Positions 42,730-52,400 of a stretch of DNA of 64,000 nt are shown here, in pieces. The position numbers were made by a program, and so were the translations under genes. Location of the stretch: the NCBI GenBank assembly GCA_040904565.1, contig JBBDTI010000075.1, positions 183,659 through 247,658 on the forward strand. The letters run 5' to 3'. The notes under the pieces are model-generated. The model did not search any database. It was not told where the DNA came from and saw nothing but the letters and a program-made list of their open reading frames with translations. Source of the stretch: Rhodothermales bacterium (GTDB lineage Bacteria > Bacteroidota > Rhodothermia > Rhodothermales > VXPQ01). Numbering within the stretch: the stretch's first letter is position 1; each line of letters opens with the position of its first letter.

Positions 42730-43914
42730 TCATCGGGATACAGCCTCCGATCGCATCCTGCCGTGCGGCATGCCGTTCAGCATGCGGTGCAGCACGCGGT
42801 CGAGCACGTTGACGGCTTCCTCGACGTCGGCCTTCGACGTCGCCCTGCCGACAGAAAACCGGATCGCGGCCGAGGCCCTGGACGCATCCATGCCCATTGC
42901 CGTGAGGACGTGGCTCGGTTCGACCGCCCCGCTGGTGCACGCCGAGCCGGCCGATACGTGCATACCCTCCATATCCATGTTTAGCAGCAACATCTCTCCA
43001 TCGACCTCCTTGCCGTCGACCGGCGGCGCGACGACGTGGACGATGTGCGGCGCGACGGGAGCGGCATCGATCGGCGTGACGACCTCAACGCGATCGCCCA
43101 CGACGTCGCGGAGACACGCCGCGAGATGATCCCGAACGCTCTCCGCATGCCGCCGTCGCGCCTCGGCCTCTTCGATCGCCAGTTCGAACGCTCGAGCCAA
43201 CCCGACGATGGCCGGAACGTTCTCCGTTCCGCCTCGGCGCCCACGCTCCTGCGCCCCGCCTTCCAACAGCGGGCGGAGCGCTGCACCGCCCCGTACGAAG
43301 AGCACGCCGACGCCTTTCGGGCCGTAAAACTTGTGTGCAGAGACCGTCAGAAAGTCGACGTCGATCCGGTCGACCCGGATCGAGCCGTACCCCGCCGTCT
43401 GCACCGCGTCGCAGTGGAAGGCCGTACCGTTCGAACGACACACCTCAGCGATGTCTTCGATGGGCGAGATTGTACCGACCTCGTTGTTGGCATGCATGAT
43501 CGAAACGAGCCCGACGTCCGAGTCCAGCTGCCCTTCGACGTCCGCCGCAGAGACGGATCCTCCCGGTCCCGGCTTCATCACACGAACGAGGCGACCCTGT
43601 TCGCGCAGGCGCTCGACTGGACGCAAGACGGATTCATGCTCTGCGGCGCAGGTCAGAATCCCCCCATCCACGCCCCGAAGCACCGTGTTATTGGCTTCCG
43701 TCCCACCGCTGGTAAACAAAATCTCTCCCGGCTCCGCGCCGAGCAGTCCGGCTACCGTCTCCCGACTCTCTTCCACGGCGAAGCGCGCCTTCCTCCCGGC
43801 CCCATGCACCGACGAGGCGTTGCCGAAATGATCCGTCAGGTAAGGCCGCATGGCCTCGAACACGCGCTCGTCGAGCGGCGTCGTAGCAGCATGGTCGAGA
43901 TAGATCCGTCTCAT
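42730..43914 (-). CDS. Cysteine desulfurase (IscS/NifS group I)
   Basis: IYLDHAATTP, FTSGGTEANN, NNEVGT, HCDAVQ, SAHKFYGPKG (PLP Lys), RGGTEN, SAGSACTSG; start ATG 43914. Confidence 0.93.
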   Translation of the reverse strand: MRRIYLDHAATTPLDERVFEAMRPYLTDHFGNASSVHGAGRKARFAVEESRETVAGLLGAEPGEILFTSGGTEANNTVLRGVDGGILTCAAEHESVLRPVERLREQGRLVRVMKPGPGGSVSAADVEGQLDSDVGLVSIMHANNEVGTISPIEDIAEVCRSNGTAFHCDAVQTAGYGSIRVDRIDVDFLTVSAHKFYGPKGVGVLFVRGGAALRPLLEGGAQERGRRGGTENVPAIVGLARAFELAIEEAEARRRHAESVRDHLAACLRDVVGDRVEVVTPIDAAPVAPHIVHVVAPPVDGKEVDGEMLLLNMDMEGMHVSAGSACTSGAVEPSHVLTAMGMDASRASAAIRFSVGRATSKADVEEAVNVLDRVLHRMLNGMPHGRMRSEAVSR

Positions 43915-43924
43915 CCGTCGTCTT

Positions 43925-44000
43925 TTGTGGGCCGTTTTTCCTGTCGCCGATTTTCGCTCGTGCCGGACTTCCCTCGTGCCGATATTCCCTCGTGCCGGAA
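43925..44000. repeat. 16-bp-period degenerate repeat array directly upstream of the cysteine desulfurase
   Basis: CTCGTGCCG at 43957, 43973 and 43989, plus degenerate units near 43941 and 43926. Confidence 0.75.
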
Positions 44001-44206
44001 TGCCCAACCGCCGGGCTCGCCTCAGGCCAACATAGCGCATCGTGCCGAGCCGCGTGTAACCAACGCACCAGCGCCGGGCCGGATTCCCGCCAGATCGTTC
44101 GCGAAGATGCGAACCCGAAAGCAGCGGGCCCGGTATCAACGTCACGCCGCTGCCAGGGCATGGGCTCCCTCCGATTGCGTCCTCCAAGGATCCCACTCGG
44201 GCGGGC
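44001..44206. ncRNA. Putative structured RNA (long irregular rod), family unassigned
   Basis: Nested complementary segments TGCCC/GGGCA, CGCATCG/CGATTGCG, GAGCC/GGCTC, GCGTG/CACGC, CCGGGCC/GGCCCGG and apical GTTCGC/GCGAAC. Confidence 0.35.
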
Positions 44207-44260
44207 ACCGTAGGCTATCGACCACAGCACGCCATCCAGTCGCTTCATCATTCGGGATAC

Positions 44261-45580
44261 ATGGACAAACTCGTCATACAAGGTCACCAGCCGCTCGTAG
44301 GATCGCTGCCGGTCAGCGGCTCTAAGAATACCGCCCTTCCCCTGATGGCCGCCGCCGTTCTGGCGGACGGTCAAACCCGTCTGTCGAATATCCCGAATCT
44401 GCGGGACGTAGCTACCTTCGCCAATGTGATCCGCATTTCCGGCGCCGCCGTGCGGTTCGACGCAGACGAGCACTCGATGGTCGTCGACGCCGGCAACGTC
44501 CATCACCCCGAAGCTCCCTACGATCTCGTGAAGAAGATGCGGGCGTCGTTCTACATGCTCGGCGCACTGCTTGGGCGCTGCGGACGCGCTCGCGTCTCGC
44601 TGCCCGGAGGCTGCGCGTGGGGACCCCGCCCCGTCGATCTGCACATCGAAGGCATGAAGGCGTTCGGCGCCAGGATCGACCTGGACGAGGGATATGTGGT
44701 CGCTGAGGCGGCGGGCGGACGCCTGGAAGGCGGTTCCTTCAAGATGGAGCCCTCCAGTGTGGGCGCCACCATCAACCTCCTGCTGGCCGCCGTGACCGCC
44801 CGCGGCTCCTCACGCATCGAGAACGCGGCGCGCGAACCGGACGTCGTGGTCTTTGGAAAGATGCTTCAGGCGATGGGTGCCCGCATCAGCGGCCTCGGAA
44901 CGTCGACGCTCGAAATAGAGGGCGTCGACGCGCTCTCGCCCGTCGACTTTAACAACGCACCGGATCGCATCGAGCTGGGGACGTTCATGATCGCGGCGGC
45001 CCTCTGCGGCGAGCCGGGCCAGGTGGTCCGCATGACCGATGCCGACCCCGACGACCTCGGCGAGGCATTCATCGAGGCCTTCCGGCAGACAGGCACCGAG
45101 TTTACACTGGGAAAGGATTATGTGGATGTCATTGCTTCGGAGGAGATCGAGCCCGTGTCGATCGAAACGGGTGTCTTTCCGGGATTTCCGACCGACCTGC
45201 AGGCGCAGTGGACCGTCCTCATGACACAGGCGAAAGGCAATGCCCGAATACGCGACACGATCTACTTCGACCGGTTCAAGCACATCCCCGAACTCAGGCG
45301 CATGGCCGCCAACGCCATCGTCGTCCAGAATGAAGTAGTGGTCGAGGGAACGAGCGCCCTGCAAGCGGCTACGGTCATGAGTACGGACCTGCGGGCCAGC
45401 GTCTCGCTGGTCCTCGCCGCCATGGTGGCTAAAGGCGAGACGCACGTCCTCCGCGTCTATCATCTGGACCGGGGGTACGAAAACCTGGACGGCAAGCTGG
45501 CCAACGCCGGCATCTCGATCCGCCGAGAGCAGTACGACGAGTTCGCCAGCTCGACACCCGAGGAGCTGCGTTCCGAATAG
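44261..45580 (+). CDS. murA: UDP-N-acetylglucosamine 1-carboxyvinyltransferase
   Basis: SGSKN, KKMRASF, LPGGCAWGPRPVDLH (active-site Cys), SVGAT, ENAAREP, PDRIE, PGFPTDLQ, DLRAS, HLDRGYE. Confidence 0.97.
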   Translation: MDKLVIQGHQPLVGSLPVSGSKNTALPLMAAAVLADGQTRLSNIPNLRDVATFANVIRISGAAVRFDADEHSMVVDAGNVHHPEAPYDLVKKMRASFYMLGALLGRCGRARVSLPGGCAWGPRPVDLHIEGMKAFGARIDLDEGYVVAEAAGGRLEGGSFKMEPSSVGATINLLLAAVTARGSSRIENAAREPDVVVFGKMLQAMGARISGLGTSTLEIEGVDALSPVDFNNAPDRIELGTFMIAAALCGEPGQVVRMTDADPDDLGEAFIEAFRQTGTEFTLGKDYVDVIASEEIEPVSIETGVFPGFPTDLQAQWTVLMTQAKGNARIRDTIYFDRFKHIPELRRMAANAIVVQNEVVVEGTSALQAATVMSTDLRASVSLVLAAMVAKGETHVLRVYHLDRGYENLDGKLANAGISIRREQYDEFASSTPEELRSE

Positions 45581-45615
45581 ACGTCAGATAACCGTCTTGC
45601 CACTCCGATCGCCGG

Positions 45616-46536
45616 CTAGAGCGCCAGCACGCGGTTCATCCGCACGGCGATCTCCGCGAGACGCTCCCGCCCCCCGCCGCGAATTTCCGCCGTGGCCCAT
45701 CCGCTGTAACCGACGTCGTCAAGCGCGTCCAGCACGCCCGGCCAATTCACGTCGCCCTCGCCGAGCGGAGCTCGGAATCCGGCTCCCATTCCTTCCTCAT
45801 CCCGCAGCTCGTTGCTGAATTCCTTCACGTCCAGCTTCAGCGTCCGCGCACCCAGGATGCGGATCCAGTGCTCGGGCCAGCCGAAGGCCACGACGTTTCC
45901 GATGTCGAAATACGCACCGATCCATTCGCTCTCGAACTCATCGATGTAGCGAGCGAACTCGAGCGGACTCAACAGGAATTCGTTCCACACGTTCTCGATG
46001 GCGATGCGGACGCCGAGCGATTCGGCCTCCGGTAGCATCGTTCGTATTTCTTCCTGGGACCGTTCGTAGGCCACGTCGTACGGCACCTCGGCCGTGACGA
46101 CGGCCGGAACGAGGAGGACGGTCGACGCACGCCAGGCCGCCGCGTCGTTCAGCGCCGTGCGCAGCCCCTCCCGGCCCGCTTCCCGCACGCGAGGGTCGGG
46201 GTCGGACAGCGGCTGGTTCCAGTGGACCATGTCGACCACCCCGTGTATGGGAAGCCCGACGTCCCGCGAGGCGTCGAGCACCTCCTGCCGGGAAAGGTCG
46301 GTTGGACTGTGCATCTCCACGCCGTCGAAGCCCAGCTCCTTCAGCAGCGCAAACTTCTCGCGCACCGTGGCGTCGACGTCGATCATGTTGAACTTGACGG
46401 CCTTCATGAGGTCGGGGGGCCGTCCATCCGCCGAGTACGCGGTGGTGGACGAAGCCGCCATGGGCCCCAGCATCGCCCCGCCGGCCGCCGCCGCGGAGGC
46501 GGTCAAAAACGTTCGTCTATCCATCATTGGACTCAT
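45616..46536 (-). CDS. Sugar phosphate isomerase/epimerase family TIM barrel, Tat-exported
   Basis: MDRRTFL Tat signal; GFDGVE, IAIENVWN, YFDIGN, KLDVKEF, GEGDVNW, WATAE; ATG 46536 overlaps the upstream stop (ATGA). Confidence 0.88.
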   Translation of the reverse strand: MSPMMDRRTFLTASAAAAGGAMLGPMAASSTTAYSADGRPPDLMKAVKFNMIDVDATVREKFALLKELGFDGVEMHSPTDLSRQEVLDASRDVGLPIHGVVDMVHWNQPLSDPDPRVREAGREGLRTALNDAAAWRASTVLLVPAVVTAEVPYDVAYERSQEEIRTMLPEAESLGVRIAIENVWNEFLLSPLEFARYIDEFESEWIGAYFDIGNVVAFGWPEHWIRILGARTLKLDVKEFSNELRDEEGMGAGFRAPLGEGDVNWPGVLDALDDVGYSGWATAEIRGGGRERLAEIAVRMNRVLAL

Positions 46537-47879
46537 CCGTTGCGTTGCGTTTCGGCGTCGGCGAGGTACGACCTGTTGAGCCGCGTCTTCCCCGGGACCG
46601 GCACCGATCCCGCCGGCATCTCGCCGAACGTGAGTGATTTCGGGACGAGATCCATCTGTGCGGTCAGCATGTCGTCCCACGATACTTCCTGGCCGGTATA
46701 CGCGCTCTCACGGCCCAGAACGCCGATCATCGTGCTGTCAGCGATCTGCCGCGCCTCATTGACGGGTTGGTCGTTGCGGATGGCACGGACCAGGTCCGTA
46801 TGCTCGACGACGTAGCCGTTGGCGCCCCGTTCCGGGATGCGCAGCAAAACCTCTCCGTCGTGGGAGCGGATGATCGAGCTGTCCGTGTTCAGATCCGCCA
46901 CTCCTTCCGTGCCTACGACCCGGTTCGTGATGCGCCCCGCAGCATCCTCGAACTGGCGGCACTTGGCTTCTACGCGAACGTCGCCCGGGAAGGCGTACTC
47001 GACGGAGAAATGATCGTAGATGTGTCCGTATGAAGGATCGACTCTGGCGAGACGCCCTCCCATGGCCAGCGCGCTTTCGGGCGGCGAGCCCATAACCCAT
47101 TGAATGACGTCCAGGTTGTGCACGAACTGCTCGACGATGTGATCGCCGGAGAGCCATGTAAAGTAGTACCAGTTGCGGCACTGCCATTCCATGTCGGACA
47201 TCCCCGGCTGCCGTTCACGAAGCCAGATCGGTCCCGTAAGATAGTAGGCCTGCGCCGCCGTAATCTCACCGATCATGCCGTCGTGAATGGCCTGTATGGC
47301 CTCGACGAAGCTCGGCTGCCTACGATAGAGCGTGCCGGCTACGATCGACAGACCGCGTTCGTCGGCGAGCCGGCCCGATTCGACGATCGAATGATACCCC
47401 GCCACGTCCACCTGCGACGGTTTCTCCATAAAGACGTGCTTGTCCGCCTCGACCGTGTACCGAAGCTGTGCCGGACGGAACCCGGGCGGTGTCGCCAGAA
47501 TGACGTAGTCGACGTCGGCATCGGCGACGCCCTTGTAGTTGTCGAAACCGGTGAACTTCCGCGCGTCGGGCACATTGAGCGCGTCACCCGCATGTTCCCG
47601 CAGCCGGCCGTAAGAGTCGTCCAGTCGATCCTCGAATAGATCACCCATCGCATAGATCTCGACGCCCTCGGCAGACTCGACGGCGTTCACGGCGGCGCCG
47701 GTACCCCGGCCTCCGCATCCCACCACGCCAACCCGCATGAGATCCGATCCGGCGGCGTACGCGAAATTGCTCGATCGCATCAGGACGGATGCGCCGGCGG
47801 CTGCCGCAGCAGACGACTTGATAAAATCGCGCCGCGTAAGTCCGGCGTCGTTCGTTGCAGTCTCTTCCACGTCAGGCAC
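46533..47879 (-). CDS. Gfo/Idh/MocA family oxidoreductase, Tat-exported
   Basis: TRRDFIK Tat signal; VGCGGRGTGA, LATPPGFRP, HVFMEKP, WLSGDHIVEQFVHNLD. Confidence 0.9.
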   Translation of the reverse strand: MPDVEETATNDAGLTRRDFIKSSAAAAAGASVLMRSSNFAYAAGSDLMRVGVVGCGGRGTGAAVNAVESAEGVEIYAMGDLFEDRLDDSYGRLREHAGDALNVPDARKFTGFDNYKGVADADVDYVILATPPGFRPAQLRYTVEADKHVFMEKPSQVDVAGYHSIVESGRLADERGLSIVAGTLYRRQPSFVEAIQAIHDGMIGEITAAQAYYLTGPIWLRERQPGMSDMEWQCRNWYYFTWLSGDHIVEQFVHNLDVIQWVMGSPPESALAMGGRLARVDPSYGHIYDHFSVEYAFPGDVRVEAKCRQFEDAAGRITNRVVGTEGVADLNTDSSIIRSHDGEVLLRIPERGANGYVVEHTDLVRAIRNDQPVNEARQIADSTMIGVLGRESAYTGQEVSWDDMLTAQMDLVPKSLTFGEMPAGSVPVPGKTRLNRSYLADAETQRNG

Positions 47880-48060
47880 CTCTCTCTTGTCGATTCCGTA
47901 TTCGGTTCAATATAAGCGAGACCCGGCTTCATTGCGTCGCGCCGCAGCACGGACGTCCAACGCGGCGCATACCCATGAAGACCGCGGTGCACGGCCGCAT
48001 GGACGAGGTACGACCCTCCAACGCGGCGCGCACCCTGCCCCGAGATCCGCCGGTACCGCG

Positions 48061-49359
48061 TCAGGCGGACCGCTTGACGACGAGCAACGTGGTGTCGTCG
48101 TGCTGCTCTACCCCATCGACGTGCTCTGCAAGGCGCGCCGTGATTGCGTCGAGTACGTCCGACGCACTGCCCCCTCGCGAGGTGGCCAGCACGTCCCGCA
48201 GCCGATCCTCACCGAACTCCTCGCGTTGGGCATTTCGGGCCTCGCTCACTCCGTCGGAATAGAGCAGCAATACGCCCCCTTCCGGGATCCGGACCTGATC
48301 GAGCTCGTAACGGGCCTTTTCGAGTGCACCCAGTGCAATCCCTGCCTTCTCCAGCACACGCACGCTGCCGTCGCCATCGCAGAGCAATGGCCGATTGTGT
48401 CCGGCATTCGCATATCGGAACAGGTGGTCGCGCGGATCGACGATGCCGTAGACCATCGACACGAACGATCCGCTCTTCGTGCTGCGATAGAGCAGTCGCG
48501 TGAGCGTTTCAAGACAGGCCGCCGGGTCGGGTGCGTCCTCGTGGCGGGCCCGCAAGGAGGCCTGGACGGTCGCCATCAGGAGCGACGCCGCCAATCCCTT
48601 CCCTGAAACGTCAGCCACAGAAACCCCGATGGATCCATCCACGCGAAGCAGAAAATCGTAATAGTCTCCGCCCACGTTTTCCGCCGGGTCGCTCCGGCCC
48701 GCCAGATCGTAGCCGGGCACCTTCGGCGCCTTTTGCGGGAGCAGACGATTCTGAATGTCGGCCGCCACCCGCAGATCCTGCCGAACCTGCAGCAGCGCGC
48801 GCTCCTCTTCGTACAGGCGGGCGTTTTCGACGACCTGGGCGGATTGCGCGGCGATGATGGTCAGGAGGCGCTGATCTTCCTCCGTAAATCCGGCATCCGA
48901 TTTCTTGTTGAAAACGGTCAGGATGCCGATAAGGTCGGAACGGGCCAGTAGCGGGACGCAGAGGATGCTGCGCACCTCGTCATCCCAGTGGGTCCCGGGG
49001 AAGCGTGCGTCATCGTGCGGGTCGTTCAGCAGAATGGGCTGGCGGTGGTGAAACATCCACCCCAGAAGTTGCTGGTTGGCACGCATGGGTGCGTGACGAG
49101 CCGAGCTCGTCGACGTCCGGACCAGCGTTCGCGTCGGATCCGGGGCCTCCAGATCGACCAGCGAAATGACGCCCTGCTCCGCATCGAGCGCTCGGATCGA
49201 ACGCTTTACGATCCGCCCCATGACCTCCTTCGCATCCCGGGATGCACCGATCTCGCGAGCGAGCTCGTTGAGGACGGAGAGCTCCTCGACGGCGCGCTTG
49301 AGCCGTTCATTCTCACGACGGAGCCGCTCGACCGACGTATTTTCCTCAGGGTCATTCAT
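48061..49359 (-). CDS. GAF-domain PP2C/SpoIIE (RsbU-like) phosphatase
   Basis: N-terminal coiled coil; GAF domain (SILCVPL..FNKK..FTEEDQRLL); PP2C motifs VGGDYYD, ADVSGKG, NAGHN, YSDGVSEA, DDTTL. Confidence 0.92.
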   Translation of the reverse strand: MNDPEENTSVERLRRENERLKRAVEELSVLNELAREIGASRDAKEVMGRIVKRSIRALDAEQGVISLVDLEAPDPTRTLVRTSTSSARHAPMRANQQLLGWMFHHRQPILLNDPHDDARFPGTHWDDEVRSILCVPLLARSDLIGILTVFNKKSDAGFTEEDQRLLTIIAAQSAQVVENARLYEEERALLQVRQDLRVAADIQNRLLPQKAPKVPGYDLAGRSDPAENVGGDYYDFLLRVDGSIGVSVADVSGKGLAASLLMATVQASLRARHEDAPDPAACLETLTRLLYRSTKSGSFVSMVYGIVDPRDHLFRYANAGHNRPLLCDGDGSVRVLEKAGIALGALEKARYELDQVRIPEGGVLLLYSDGVSEARNAQREEFGEDRLRDVLATSRGGSASDVLDAITARLAEHVDGVEQHDDTTLLVVKRSA

Positions 49360-49460
49360 GGGATCGTCGCATGCTCAAGCTCCATCCGCGGTGCCACCTG
49401 CTTGGGATACGCGAGTGCGCTTCAATGTAGTGAAACGAATCCACTCGCTCGTCGGGCGGA

Positions 49461-52400
49461 CTAAAAGAGTGCACTCAGCTGTACCTGCATGCTGTGAATC
49501 ACCCGGGCGTCCGACGGCGCTCGTCCGTCGTAGGACAGGGTCGCCCGGAGATATTCGTTGACCGTATACTGCCCCCGAAGCGACCAGAGATACGACCTGC
49601 CCGGCCCCCGCCCGTCGGTCAGCTCGAACCGTGCCAGTCCCAGCGCCGTCCCCTGCACGTCCACCTCCGCCACCTCGAACCGTGCCGTCGCCCGCAGCTT
49701 TCGCGGGACGTTGTACCGCAGCTCCATGGGAAGCTTTACAAGCCGGGCCCGCCGTTGGCCGACGCCGTCCCGCTTCCACCCGTAGGCGATGGACGAAACA
49801 AGCTGGACGCGATCGGACACCGCGTAAGACGCTTCCGGTTCGAGGCGAACGCCTGAGATGTCGTAGCGTCTGGACTCGAACGTCGCGCTGAAGAGGCGAT
49901 CCTGTTCGAGCGCGGCCACGGCACGCAGTCCCCACGGCCCACCCGGCCGCGCCGTCCCCTCGGCACGCCACGTATTGACGAACCGCTCCTCGCTTCCGGC
50001 CGCCAGCTCGCTCAGGCTTCGGAGCCGGCTGAAGGAAACGTCCAGCCCGTAGTCCGGCCGACCGCGGAACAGGAAGACGTCCTGTGCCACGCGCACCCGT
50101 CCGTTCATGGTATGTACGGGATCGCGGAAGCGCCTCAGGTCGAGCAAATACACGCGCGTCACATTCGGGTCCCGCGACTTTTCTCGTACCTCCAGCACCG
50201 TGCGCGTGCTGACCTCGGAAAGCCATCGCTGCCACCGCGTGTCCGGCGACGGCCACCATCGCCGAGGGTCAAGCTCCAGGCGGAGGCGGCTCTGCACGTT
50301 CACGACGGAGGTCAACGTATCCGACGGAATGAACGTCTTGACGTACGTCCCCTCGTTCGGAAGGCGCTCCGGAAGGAGCTCGTCGATCTGGACGATGCCG
50401 TCGTCATTCGCGTCCTCCCAGACGTACTGGCCGATTTCCGGCCCCGTTCTCACGTAGATCTCTTGCAGCGTGGGCGTACGCTCCGTCATCCCCTCATACA
50501 GAAGATTGATGCGCACGGCGCGCTGCAATGGGCGAAAGCCGCCGTTGAACCGGAGGAGGAGGGATTGAACGTCCTTCCTGTTTTGCTCGATGCGAAATCG
50601 CTCCTCGAACCGTCGCGACCGGAAGCCGACGCTGCCATCCACGTCCAGCTGCGGGAACGGCCGGTATCGAACGGTAGACCGACCGGTCCAGGACGTCGAG
50701 GCCGGACGTATCGATCCGTCGATCCAGTCGTCTTCCGTGCGCCGCTCGACGTATCCTCCGACCTCCAGATCACCGCCGTCCCACGCAAGGCCGGGACGTA
50801 CCTCGACGAACCGAAAGGATGGGCGCACCAGGCTGTCCGCCCCGGCAGCCTCCTGTCGTCGATTCTCGTGCTCGATCTCGAGACGCGGCGTGAATCGCCC
50901 ACCAAGAACGGAATACGAGACGCTCCCCAGCTGCCGCACCCACCTTCCCGTTTCGGCGGCCGACGAGTCGCTGCTTTTGATCGCCTCGAGGCGGTACTCG
51001 ACGACGGGCAGTCCCTCTTCGTCCACCCGCACCGTCCCGGTCCGTCGGAGCCCTTCGAAGACGCTCCCCATCGTGATCCGGCCCACCTCCGCCTGAAGAT
51101 TCGACCGCTCCAGGAAGTCGAGTCGGACGGACCCTTCGTCGATCGTTTCGTCGGCCGACAGCGCCGTGGCAACGCCGGCCGGACGCACGGGTAGATTCCA
51201 ACGGCGCTCGAATTCGACCGGTCGAATCCGGTTGAACGACGCGAACGATCCGGCGACGAAGCGGCGCCGATATTCGCCTGAGACCCGGCCTGGACCTATC
51301 GTCGACGGATGAAGGCGCACGCCTCCGACGAACGCGTCACCGAGGTCGTCCACCGCGTCGAGCGGCGACAACCGGTTTTCATCGTGCACGCTGCGGGCCC
51401 ATTCACCGAAGAGCTCGACGCGCTCGACCGGTCGCACGGAACCGCGAAGGTCTAGAAGCTGCTGGCGCTTCGGCTTCGAAAGCGTTCGCACCGGCAGATA
51501 GCTTCCCTGACCCGGACCCCGGTACTCGTACAGGATACCGTTGACCGACCGGCCGACCCGCTCGTAGCTGCCTTCGCCTTCGCCGACCCGGCTGAACTGC
51601 ACGCGGTAGACGGCCTCGCCTTCGGACGGCGCCCTATCTAGCGCTACGAAGATCGTATCGCCGCCCGGGTGCACCTCGCGTCGATACTGTACGTATGGGG
51701 CCTCCGGATTGAACTCGACCCGCTGCGCGCCATCGCTCGAGGCCACGCCGTCGCCCGCCCGCACGATAGCCAGCGAATCGAGGCGGCTGAACCCAAACGC
51801 CTCGCTGAACTCGCTGCCGTCCGCCTCCCGAATGAACGAGACGCCGACGCGGGCGCGCGCGCCCTCGGAAGATGGCCAGAAGGTGGCTCCAGCGTCCGTT
51901 CCCACCAGAGAGCGCGTAAACTGCGACGTGGCGTACTCGAACTCGACCTGGATCCGCAGGTCGTCCGTTACGATCACATTCGGCGTGAAATGAAGCTCGG
52001 CGGTCGCATAATCTATCGTATAGTCGTTGCTCTCCCCTCGAGTTAGCGCCTGGCCGTCTACATAGACCGTTTCCGAGCCAGGGACCACCAGCACGAATTG
52101 CTCGCCCCCTGTCCCTTCCAGCCGGTACGGTCCCTGCACGCCGTCGATGGCTTCGATGACCTGCTCCCGAAAGGTCCCGCGCGAGGTCGCACCGGCGAGG
52201 GTCACTTCTCCCCCCGCGAAGCCCCCGGTCGGCGGAAGCGGCGCCCGTGCCGAACCGCCCTGAAGCTTGCGGGAAAAACGGGCAAACTCGCTATCCTGAA
52301 AACTCAGGTCGAAGTCCCCCAGCTGCGCGCTGCCATACGGCGCGTCGATCCCGATGAAGACCCGGTCGAACTCTTCGATCCGCTGCGTCGTCCCCTCCGG

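Noticed and set aside
42623-44000. CRISPR array suggested by the short repeats
   Set aside because: Units are 12-16 bp, directly tandem with no unique spacers, and there are no cas genes
43915-44208. 98-aa N-terminal extension of the cysteine desulfurase in the ORF track
   Set aside because: Family homology starts at MRRIYLDHAAT (43914); the extension is low-complexity and overlaps repeats and structure
44261-45580. Fosfomycin-resistant MurA variant
   Set aside because: The active-site Cys is retained (LPGGCAWG)
48061-49359. Partner-switching (Rsb) system around the GAF-PP2C gene
   Set aside because: No anti-sigma, STAS or sigma factor genes adjacent; an orphan phosphatase of a common type
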